DNA of 64,000 nucleotides from Macrostomum lignano (taxonomy: Eukaryota): NCBI GenBank assembly GCA_002269645.1, contig NIVC01002211.1, positions 62,001-126,000 on the forward strand. The letters are read 5' to 3'. Shown piece by piece: positions 1 to 18,927 of the stretch. A program made the translations under genes and the position numbers. Positions within the stretch are counted from its first letter, which is position 1. Every line of letters starts with the position of its first letter. The notes under the pieces were generated by a model. It worked only from the letters and a program-made list of their open reading frames with translations. It did not search any database and was not told the origin of the DNA.

Positions 1-1399
1 TAGGAAGATTTGAAAAAGGATAATCAAAAAGCTTTTGATAATGATAGCTAATAATGCCTATCTATTTTTATTAAGGCTAGTATAAAAGTCAACTTGCTTG
101 AAAGGGCATTTTTGATGGCCAAATTTTGCTATTTCTAGGGTAATGATAAGATATCTAGCCCTTATTATTGCCAAGTTTTAACTTCCTATAGACCTAGACT
201 TTTACTTCTATATATATGCATATAAAGAAAGCCTGCCAAGTGCCAAGTGTGTAATAGATCTATGTTGCTATTTGTAGGTAATGGAAAGGATTCCAAAAAG
301 ATTGCTAGACTAGAGCTATAGACTTTTTAGAAGCATCTTAAAAAAGTCATGGAAGCTATTAAAAGATTTACAGAATTAATTGTTGATTTTTAATAAATTG
401 ATAGAATATTATTAAATAATTTTTTGGTAATTGCAAAAAGGCATTTGGTTACTATTAATAGCACAACTAGAAATTTGTTGAGAGGTGGAATTTGGAAGGT
501 AAATACCCAAAGCCAAAGGGGGCCAAAGCTAGGATATAGCTCTATATTTTGGCAAAATAGGCCTATGCTTGCTTGCCCCCTTGATTTTTTTCTAGTTTCT
601 ATCTAAGATGTGACTATCCTCACCCTTTTGCTCTTGGTTGTGGTCTGGTCACTATGCATGAAAAATAAAAGTAGGTAAAAACACTTTAATATATAATATA
701 TACAGTAGGGTGAATAGGCCTACAACTATAGTTTTGTTCATTAAATTATTTTGATTTAATGCATGTATATACTCATATTTACATATATATTCATACCTCT
801 TATATTGTGTTATAAATATGAAATTATTACCTAGGCCTAAGTCTTATTTGTCAAAATTTTTGTATTTGTATAGGCCTATAATACAAATGACCATGTCTAG
901 GTTTATGTGTAGGCCTATGTATAAATTATAATCATATTTGACATAAAAAGAAAATTACATAGCCTAGGCCCTAGGCCTAGGTCATACTTAGTTATTAAGA
1001 ATGAGAAGTAGAAGTAGGCCCCTAAATCAAAGTTTTGGTTGATCTTGGATGGGGATAGTTTATCAACAAAAAGTTTGATTAATCGCTGCGTCTCTATGCT
1101 TTAATCATTTGCTCTGAAACTTTTATCACTTCTTGACGCATGTCTCAGCTTTGCAATGACATCTTAGACACATGATTGCCTTTCGTATTTCCTGAGATAT
1201 TTGCTTCCAAAATGTGTTTGTATTAATCGGATCAGTAGATTATTCACCACCACTTGAGCGCCGGGCCGCGTTAAATTATTTTCAATTTAAAAATCGAGTC
1301 AGTACGTTAAAACAAGTCACTCCAAACAAGTCAATAGTCCGCCTACCTCACTAAACAAAGTATTAATGGAAAAAAACAGAACAAAAAATAACGAAAAAC

Positions 1400-1562
1400 T
1401 TATAAGTCGGCAAAGACGGCGCCAGAGGTACTCGTTCAAATAAGCATAAGGCCTCTCGCTGGTGCCGTACATGTTACGGAACTTAGCCTTAACATCCGCC
1501 CAAGCCCCTTCGATGTATTCGTGTGCAGAGTTAGGTTGCCTTGCCACAAACAATGGTTGTCG
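1400..1562 (-). mobile_element. Degenerate Merlin/ISXO2-like (IS1595-related) DDE transposase C-terminal fragment
   Basis: Minus strand reads NH-(frameshift)-FV..SAHEYIEGAWADVKAKFRNMYGTSERPYAYLNEYLWRR, resembling the ISXO2/Merlin C-terminal pattern NH..FV...H..xIEgxW..xK......G.s....yL.Ey.wR (recalled, not searched). No catalytic N-terminal part or TIRs recognised. Confidence 0.5.
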
Positions 1563-2363
1563 ACGCTCTAATTATAAGCTGCGGCCATATTCAGTCGTGA
1601 AATGAGCAGAATTTTTTAAATTTTACCAGCAAAATGTTTATCCGCTTTATTCTAGCTTTGCTATACTATCTGCTATTTGGTTAGTTAGAATATAATTAAT
1701 GTTAATTCTAATTATCTAACTCCAACTAAAATAATTAGAACACAGCATTGACGGCTATAAATCCGTATACTATCCGCGCCTGTCCATCTGCGCCTCGGCA
1801 CAAAATCGCAGCCTCCGATGTCGCCCGGCACGCAGAGCACGACCCAGTCAAGCAACAGAACGAACAGAAACGGCGCAAGCTGAAGCACCTGAAGCACCCT
1901 CGAGGGTGTCTCAAAGAATTCCGATAGGCCGTCCGGTATTTAAACAGCAGCATTTCGTATCGCGCGGTATACATTGTCATGATGGCGGAAATCAGAGAAT
2001 TCTTACCAGTTAAGCTTACCATACCAAGAGTTACTAACCTACCTATAAAATAATTAAAAACCACTAATTTGGACCTTAAGTCGAGCTTCTCGAGTTCGAC
2101 GAGCTCTTTTAATTTAACTAATAATCGCAAAAACAATTAGCAATACGCATTTGCAACTACTAAACAGAGATCTGAAGTTAGTAGAATAAATAAGGAAAAA
2201 AACCAATCAAATTTGTTGAATTGTTTGTTAGGTGATGGATAGTTCATTGCATGTGGCTCCACCGAGCATGTACATGTTCCTTACCTACCTTACCTACCTG
2301 CCTACTTACCTACCTACGAGTACCTACGAGTATGTGTACGCGTATCTGACTTTCTGTTATCGA

Positions 2364-2664
2364 TTTTTTTATTACACCTGTCCTAATGAGCAGATGTGCA
2401 ACCGACAGCTCAGCCAGAAACGAACAGCTATGGCGCGGCGCATCTGAAGGCTGCGTACGGCTGTTCAGTCCAAGGACTGGGCGGTCGGCACAACACCCTC
2501 AATTACCCCAGCTTATGCTGGCACCCATTTTACAGCTGGGTGAACTGAAGCAATGCAGAGCTAAGTGTCTTGCTCAAGGACCCAAATTGTTTCAAGTGGG
2601 TCGAGAATCGAACCCCCGACCGCTCAGTCGTAAGTCCGACGCTCTAACCACTAGGCTACAACCC
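2364..2664 (-). mobile_element. tRNA-derived SINE, family A copy 1
   Basis: Minus strand begins GGGTTGTAGCCTAGTGG (A box) ... GGTTCGATTC (B box), then CCTTGAGCAAGACACTT and CACCCAGCTGTAAAATGGGT, ending in an A-rich tail. A near-identical second copy is visible at 36268-36570. Confidence 0.85.
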
Positions 2665-2999
2665 TATTGATTCAAAATTTAATTGAATAAAACATTAAAA
2701 TACATACAAAATGGATAATTCTAATAAGGTAATAAAAAATGCAGATTTTTTATCAAATATTTAAAACACACGCAGTAAAAGTAAATTGATTTAAATTACT
2801 ACTGACAGTAGCCTGACAGTAGCGACAGACTAGACACTTGTACGGGCTGCTCCGGTTCCAGCTACTAAGGTAGGAGCTGCCTCTGGGATGCTCTGACAAA
2901 GCTCCCCTTTTGATTTTTTTCTACCAACTTCCGACGTTTCACTTCCTGCAGAAATTGGGCATGCAATGAGGGGGGGGAGCGGCGGCCCAGCAGAGAGCC

Positions 3000-3700
3000 A
3001 TGATGGCCCCGGATTCAATGCGAACGGAAGCAAAATTGAAGGATAGCAGAGCTCGATCAGTATGGTAGCCCTGCAGTTCAGGCGGAGATGCGATGGAGCT
3101 GATAGATAAGACAGTCGGAGGGGAATTTCTGGGCTACAGCGAACAGAGAGTCACCTGTTGTGAATTCCCTTTCCTAACCCCCTTTTCTGGCTTTTCCCCA
3201 TGCCTAAACCCCCACCCCCTGCTATTCCCACCCGCCGCCATTGAACCCTGGCGCTTGGAGAATAAGTGGCAGCACCGGGGAGGAGGCTGGAGACCAGCTG
3301 ACAGAGGGGCTCCGTGCGCCAATCTGCTTCATCATTCCGCTGTCTGTGCCATTCAAGAGGGCGGGTCTGAATAAACTGACAAGAGCCTCTGGGCTTTGGG
3401 TAACCAGTATATATGCATATATAGTCTCTGGCACGTACGAATAACCATGGGCACTTAGCACGGAAGCTGGCTTCATCTGCAGCATCCGCACAGGAAACCA
3501 GGCCGATAATTAAGCATAGATATGCTTAGGAGGGGGGGAGGGGTGGAAAATGCTTGCCTCGAAGAATCCTGGCCAAGTGCAAAGCACCTGGAAGGCAATT
3601 AGGTGCTTGTTGTATAGCTCCTTGGTAGCTGGGGCGGGGCATCCCCCGGAGACAGGAAGATCGCGTCCATGTCTATCCGCCCCCAGCCTCCGACCCTTAT
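3000..3700 (-). mobile_element. Possible decayed DIRS/Ngaro-type tyrosine recombinase fragment
   Basis: Broken minus-strand frames give APATKELYNKHLIAF (like the YR N-terminal AxST..xY......F) and PLCQLVSSL. No intact catalytic motifs seen. Confidence 0.25.
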
Positions 3701-4030
3701 CCTCTATATGCCACCTTTCTCCTTCATCCAATTCTGCTTCCGAGTGGACTCCACAACACTTTGATGGGTTCTGCCGCGCTGTTTGTTGTGCTAATGCTTT
3801 TTTTGCTTTCACTAACTTTTGCTGAATTTTTTTCTAGTTTTTCTTAAGAGGCTAGCAAAATCTTTTCGGGGGATAATTGGCCCAGTGAGGAGCGCGGCGG
3901 AGAGGCGGTGGAAAAAAAACTATAGTGGATTTTACATGTAGAAAGCCACTATATATATGCTGAAAGCGCCCCAGTCAGAGTGCCTATGGGTTCGACTCCG
4001 TGCTCTGCGTCATCATTAACTTAAAAATTC

Positions 4031-4505
<475 letters not shown>

Positions 4506-4995
4506 ACTGAATAACTAATTAATTAAAACGAAGCTATTATGGCGAACTCGTTTGCAAGCGACTAATAATCGACCAATATTGCACAATAAAACGAAATTAG
4601 TTGCCATGGGTGCTGCGCTCACTTTAAACAGAAATCACTTTGGTGCAACAGGGGCTGCTAAAACTATATAAAGACGAGAGAATCCATAAAGAACGATTGC
4701 TCAGTGAATGAATACAACAGCGAGATAAATAATTTTATGCTAATTTTGAATTAAAAATCAAGCAGTTTAAGACAAAACAAGCATTGTCGTCAGTTCGGTT
4801 AACTAAAAGCAATCACTTAAGTTGAGAAATTGATATTATTAGCAAGGTGCACAGGTTAAAGCAAGTTTCTTTAAATCAAAGATTTCAGGAATGTTTAGTA
4901 AATATTTATTAAATAGTTCGAATGAGAAGAGAACTTATTGATGGAGAACGTGGCTGAGCCATTGAAACCTCTTACAGAAAAACAACAATTGTGTG

Positions 4996-5001
4996 TTTAT
5001 T
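4996..5001 (-). terminator. Candidate polyadenylation signal of the Alx gene
   Basis: AATAAA on minus strand about 50 nt after the predicted stop at 5049. Confidence 0.5.
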
Positions 5002-5048
5002 GTCAAAAGTTATGAATATCTGTTGTTAAGCAGAGGAAACAGTTGAGA

Positions 5049-10943
<5,895 letters not shown>

Positions 10944-11229
10944 CTGCTGCTGCTGCTGCTGCTGCTGCTGTTGTTGCTGTTGCTGCAGCAGTTGATGCTG
11001 CCGATGGTCCAGTGGAAAATATTTCCCCGAAGGCGGCGGCGTCTGTGCCGCGGCGGCCGCGGTTGTTGCTGCTGCTAGAAGACGGAGGCATCGGTTAGGG
11101 AAATGAAGGGGAGAACAGCTGAAGACAGGTTCGGGACAGTTGACAGGCAGGCGGCGGAATCGAAGGTGGAAGAGAACTCGGGGGGAGGGAGGCTAAAAGG
11201 CGGCGGCGGCGGGCAACGGAGGGCCCAGT

Positions 11230-11280
11230 TTAAATAGGCTACATAATGGGATAATTCAATAATTTAATTACTCTAATCCA
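11230..11280 (-). promoter_or_regulatory. Candidate Alx proximal promoter: TATA-like box plus homeodomain site cluster
   Basis: Minus-strand TATTTAAA at ~11230-11237, P3 palindrome TAATTTAATTA at 11260-11270, TAATCC at 11274-11279, extra TAAT cores at 11244-11256. Confidence 0.45.
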
Positions 11281-12904
11281 ATTTCCTTGGGGGTACCGCC
11301 TGCCTTGGCCCAAGGAGGGGGTGGGGGTTCTGGGGGCAGCCCGGGGGGGTCCCGCCTTCTTCCAGCCGCCCCCCGCGCACACCCCAGCGACCAGGAAGAA
11401 ATTCCACTCCGTTGGCGAGGATGCCGCGGGGCTCACAGACGGGATCGGCTGGGATTCCAGAATTTCTCTCTGCATCCGAATATCTCACTAGCAAAGAGCG
11501 TGTTGTCAAAACGCAACTTAAAACTCGACCCGGATGACAAATCCGGTTTAGATCTGTGTTTTTTTGCTGGCGCTAAATTTGATTAACTCAAAACCAGCCT
11601 GTATATAATCTGGGAGTGCTGTTCGTGCTTTAAAAATATTAGTTTTCCCAGTGGTATACACGTGATTACCAAACTTCCTTGTGTCTGCTATTTCAACGTT
11701 TAGACCCGTAATAAATTGAATCGATTTGAATTCGTTTTACCTGTCTGTTGATCCATCGAGGCGTGTTTATAGACTATCGCACACGCTACCTGATTCGGAT
11801 TAAGAGATCAATGGGTCCTGGTTGGGGGAGGGTTTAAACAGAACCGATAATAATTGGAGTAGGAAAAATCTAATTAACAAAACCGAATCCAAATGTGGAA
11901 AACAACAAGACAGAGAGAGTACTAGCGCCGCAAACCGGGACTCTATATTTGTTTATACACGGTCCGACTTTATTAGAAGTGACGGGCTCACCTAATTGGT
12001 TAATCACCTGGCCTTGGCATCCTCTCTCTCTCCCGTCTCTCCGGGTTGCAGGGCTGCTGCAAAGATTGGCGCGCGGAAGATTGACGAGGGAGGGGCGACG
12101 CGGCTCAACCCTCCCCCCCACCCTTCAAGAAGGGGAAGCTGCTTCTCCCGCTGGGAGGGGCGGAGGCGGGGAGACAAGGGGAAAAGGCCCTGGCAGCGTT
12201 TGAGGAAGCGAAATTTTCCGCAGACCCGGCACAGGTTAAAACGCCGGAGTCAAGGACAACTTGACTGAGAATTTGGGATTGGAAACACACCCATTCAGGG
12301 CACCAGTAATAACGGCATTATCTCAATTAGCCCAATAGGTGACAGCTAAAAGGGAATTAACGAAACTTATTGAAACTAGCTAGTAGTAATGAGCTTTATA
12401 GAGGTGAAGGGCTGTGTCCACAGACACCATGATCCAGGATTGTCGTTCAAAGTGTCCGTGGCGAGATCGCTAACAGGGAGATATCGGCGCAGGATCTGGG
12501 GAGAGGGGTGGAACGGGGTTTAAAAGAGGTCTGCGCAGTGAAAGCGGCTCCCATTCTTAAGGGCGAAAGACAAATGGTAACGGGAAGCAAGATTGACAGG
12601 GCAGTCAGATAAAGGGATTGCGGATATGCCAACGTCCGCAGCCTAAGACTAAACTGCTGACTGAGCACGGTTTTTCCTGCCATCCCAACAATCATTTATG
12701 CATATGAGCATGCGGAAGCAGGGCTCCTTTGAACCCTTCGTGATCAATCGGCAGGAATTCCGGTCCTACATGTACATAAAGACCGCCCACCTGTCATCAG
12801 ATTATCCCCTACCTATAGGAATGAGATCAGCTAATGACAATAGCTGTGTGCAATTCATACCGGATCTAAGATCATCTGCATCAGTTGCTCTGACCTCACA
12901 GATC

Positions 12905-13262
12905 CAATTAGCTCCCAGTGTCAGATCCTCAATCTCCCAGTGTGTCAGATCCCCAATCTCCCAGTGTCAGATCCCCAATATCCCAATTTCAGATCCCCAA
13001 TCTCACAGTGTCAGATCCCCAGTCTCCCAGTGTCAGATCCCCAATCTCACAGTGTCAGATCCCCAATCTCCCAATTTCAGATCCCCAATCTCACAGTCTC
13101 AGATCCCCAGTCTCCCAGTGTCAGATCCCCAATCTCACAGTGTCAGATCCCCAATCTCCCAATTTCAGATCCCCAATCTCACAGTGTCAGATCCCCAGTC
13201 TCCCAGTGTCAGATCCCCAATCTCACAGTGTCAGATCCCCAATCTCCCAGTGTCAGATCCCT
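12905..13262. repeat. 22-bp minisatellite (CAGTGTCAGATCCCCAATCTCM)n
   Basis: Tandem unit read directly. Confidence 0.93.
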
Positions 13263-13724
13263 GAGTATTTCTCTGAGAAAGACTTACTTAATAAACAATT
13301 CATCAACGTCCTCAACATTTGGTAGCAATAGTTTATAAAAGTTTTCAAATAACAGTTTATTTATGTTAATAAAATATAGCGATTGAGATTCAAAAAAGCC
13401 AAAACTGAGATTCTCGCAGTACAAACTTAAAAATTCAAATTTTAAATGGAATGGCTTAACAATATAACAAAATGGCACGACTTCAAAATTGAGAAATTAA
13501 TAAACTTTTTATTAAAATACTGAGAAGTTTTACAAACTACTTTTAGGACGGTAAATAAATAGCAAAAAGTCGTCTCGAGTCAAAATCGAGGCAAAAGTTT
13601 CTTCTATAGAGATTATAAGCCAACTATACTACTGCATAAAACACCTAAGTAGCAATACGCGAGACACACTTAAGAGTATAAAAATACAAGCTAATAATAA
13701 CATTCCCTGTGCCTGACAAGGGTC

Positions 13725-14010
13725 AATATGAAGGCGATTTTAGAAGGGCGATTTTGAAAGGGCGATTTTGGAAGGGTGATTTTGGAAGGGCGATTTTCGA
13801 AGGGGATTTTGGAAGGGCGATTTTCGAATCGTGTTTTTGAAGAGTGACATTCGAAGGGAGATTTTGAAAGGGCGATTTTGGAAGCGCGATTTTGGAAGGG
13901 CGATTATGGAAGGGCGATTTCGAATTGTGATATTTGAAGAGTGACTTTCGAAGGGCGTTTTATTGAATGACGATTTTTGAGGGGTATTTTCTGAATGGCG
14001 ATTATCGCAA
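13725..14010. repeat. Degenerate ~15-bp repeat (GAAGGGCGATTTTG core)
   Basis: Repeated core with divergence. Confidence 0.85.
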
Positions 14011-14130
14011 TTATCAAGTGAGGATTTCTGACGTATATAGTCGAATTATATGTCTCAAAATGGAGAAAGTTTTTTTGCAAAGGAATTTTCTTTTAAAATT
14101 AAATTGACGCAGAATCACAGCACAGCAGGA

Positions 14131-16040
<1,910 letters not shown>

Positions 16041-16844
16041 TTAGTTATATATTGTTTAGTGAAGCAGTTCCCACTTACGAGTACAGTTCAGCAGCAAGCA
16101 AGAATATTCATGAGCTATTTTATGAGAGCCAGTTGAAATTATTTTATCAGTTTAGAAGCCTAGACGTAATGTACATTGACGCAGCCAGCGCTACCCACAA
16201 TGTACATGGCAGCGTTAGAACTGTCGAGGAAGGCAATAAAAATTGGGCGGAGCGTAGGGTTCAAGGGTGAGAGGACAAATAAACAAGCTTTGTAGTAAAA
16301 TAAGATTAAAATGTTCAGCTGTCTACTGAACTCTGAGAGTAGCTTGTGCTACAATAATTAGACCAATTTTTATTGAACCGATGTTAAATCCCATCTTTTT
16401 AACTCAAACGCGGAGAAAAATTCCGCAGGAAGTTAAAATCGGTAGTTTTTTTGTTTTAGACAGTTATGAATTAACTAAATGTACATGCACATATGTTACG
16501 ATACATTCTGCATGGATCGCGGCTATATAATTATTTGTTACTGTTATTATGTAGCGCATAGAGTTCGACGATTAGGGTATTAGAAATAAAAAGTTGAGTT
16601 TATGTTATCATTATTAGGCTCGCTACTATATAACTAAAAATCTGTACTGTTGCAAGCGAATTAATATATTGCAGTGTTATGTTCATTGCAGACTGGTCCT
16701 CATTGGTTTTATTCTCGAATTTGAATCTTATTAAGTGTTAATGTTATGCAACGACCAACTTTGTAGGTACAAAACTCATTAAAATAGAAACACAACGAGA
16801 ACAGTTTTTCCAACTAAAGAAAACGCAACACTTTCTTTATCGCT

Positions 16845-16854
16845 TTTATTTATT
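16845..16854 (-). terminator. Candidate polyadenylation signals of SSR4
   Basis: Overlapping AATAAA hexamers on minus strand about 370 nt after the stop. Confidence 0.45.
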
Positions 16855-17219
16855 TCTGCAACACATTCGCGGGCGGCAACAATTTAATAGCAATGTCAAA
16901 AAAATTAGTGCCGTACATTGAAACAAAACAGTGGAATCAAAACTGTGCCAACACATTTAATTATTATATGTACTCGTAATAAATATGAATGACAAGCAAG
17001 CAACAGTTCATACTATATTAACAAAATGACAGTCGAGCCGACACCAGATATATTATTAATAGTAGATTATTAAGGACACACAAGCTGGCAGAGTCTTGAT
17101 TAAGATTAGTTGTACGAATTCAATTGAAAAGAGAATTAACCCTAGTGTTTAAACGGAGGCTTCAACAGGTAACAATCAGTCTAATTGCTGCTATTAGATT
17201 TGCTAATTGCTCGGCTAAT

Positions 17220-18927
17220 TTAGCTAAGGATGGATTTGCGAGCCGAATAGGCGTAGAAGGAGGCGCCAAGCAGGAGCAGCACGGCCACAGTCTCGGAGTG
17301 GACCCACAGGCTGTGCCGGACTCGCGGATATTCGAATTCGATCCGGGCCATCGGCTCGGGCACGGAGGACTTGCCAGCCTCGCCGCGCTGCGCCTTCCTG
17401 TACTGGGCGTAGCCGTCCTCGTCGTACAGGTCGATTGCGTAGCCGCCGGCGGGTAGGTAGGTCTTCACGGGCTCGGAGAAGGTCACCTGCGCAGAGTGCC
17501 CCGGGGTGGTCCAGATTTATATTTAAATCTACATTCAGTTTACACTTTTCACTTTACACGAATCTTAATTCAGTTTACATTCAGTTGACACAAATCTACA
17601 TTCAGTTGTCACGAATCTACATTCAATTTACACGAATCTACATTCAGTTGACACAAATCTACATTCAGTTGACACGAATCTACATTCAGTTGACACGAAT
17701 CTACATTCAGTTGACACGAATCTACATTCAGTTGACACGAATCTACATTCAGTTGACACGAATCTACATTCAGTTGTCACGAATCTACATTCAATTTACA
17801 CAAATCTGCATTCAGTTGACACGAATCTACATTCAATTTACACAAATCTGCATTCAGTTGACACGAATCTACATTCAATTTACACAAATCTACATTCAGT
17901 TGTCACGAATCTACATTCAGTTGACACAAATCTACATTCAGTTGTCACGAATCTACATTCAGTTGACACGAATCTACATTCAGTTGTCACGAATCTACAT
18001 TCAGTTGACGCGAATCTACATTCACTTTACACGAATCTACATTCAATTTACACAAATCTACATTCAGTTGTCACGAATCTACATTCAATTTACACAAATC
18101 TACATTCAGTTGTCACGAATCTACATTCAGTTGACACAAATCTACATTCAGTTGTCACGAATCTACATTCAGTTGACACGAATCTACATTCAGTTGACAC
18201 AAATCTACATTCAGTTGACACGAATCTACATTCAGTTGACACGAATACATTCAGTTGACACGAATCTACATTCAGTTGACGCGAATCTACATTCAATTTA
18301 CACGAATCTACATTCAGTTGACACGAATCTACATTCAATTTACACGAATCTACATTCAGTTGACACGAATCTACATTCAGTTGACACGAATCTACATTCA
18401 GTTGACACGAATCTACATTCAGTTGACACGAATCTACATTCAGTTGACGCGAATCTACATTCAATTTACACGAATCTACATTCAGTTGACACGAATCTAC
18501 ATTCAGTTGTCACGAATCTACATTCAGTTGACACGAATCTACATTCAGTTGTCACGAATCTACATTCAGTTGACACGAATCTACATTCAGTTGACACGAA
18601 TCTACATTCAGTTGACACGAATATACCAGCAGTCAGTCTACACGATCAGCAGTTTTAACTCACCTGGTACTGTGAAGAGTCCAAATCTTGAGCAGCCTGC
18701 ACAGCACGACCGCGGAACACAGCATAGACGTCCATAGAAGAGGAGGCAGCCTTATTGGCACATTGAACATTGAAGGTGGCAGACACAATGCCATGGTTAG
18801 AGAAATGTGCATCAGCAGCAGTGTACACAGAGCTCTTTATGCTAGGTTTTTCGCAGGAACCAGCCAGTGCAACTCCAATAGCCAAGATGGCAAAGACAAA
18901 CAGACAGGGAATATAACTAGTAGCCAT
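17220..18927 (-). CDS. SSR4: Translocon-associated protein subunit delta (TRAP-delta), 176 aa
   Basis: Exons 18927-18664 and 17486-17220 (phase 0; CAG|GTGAGT, gcgcag|GTG). Signal peptide, YT..DA motif, YQV, YDEDGYAQYRKAQR (human FDEESYSLLRKAQR), WVHSETVA, then a C-terminal TM helix. Confidence 0.93.
17530..18620. repeat. 21-bp minisatellite (GACACGAATCTACATTCAGTT)n in SSR4 intron
   Basis: Tandem unit read directly, about 50 copies. Confidence 0.97.

Noticed and set aside
3921-4010. TATAGTGG/CCACTATA hairpin followed by a B-box-like GGTTCGACTCC before the (CTAA)n run
   Set aside because: No A box or cloverleaf, no Helitron-type CTRR end, and no second copy seen.
17435-18737. 407-aa IYIQLTR-repeat ORF
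   Set aside because: Translation of the 21-bp SSR4 intron array on the opposite strand.
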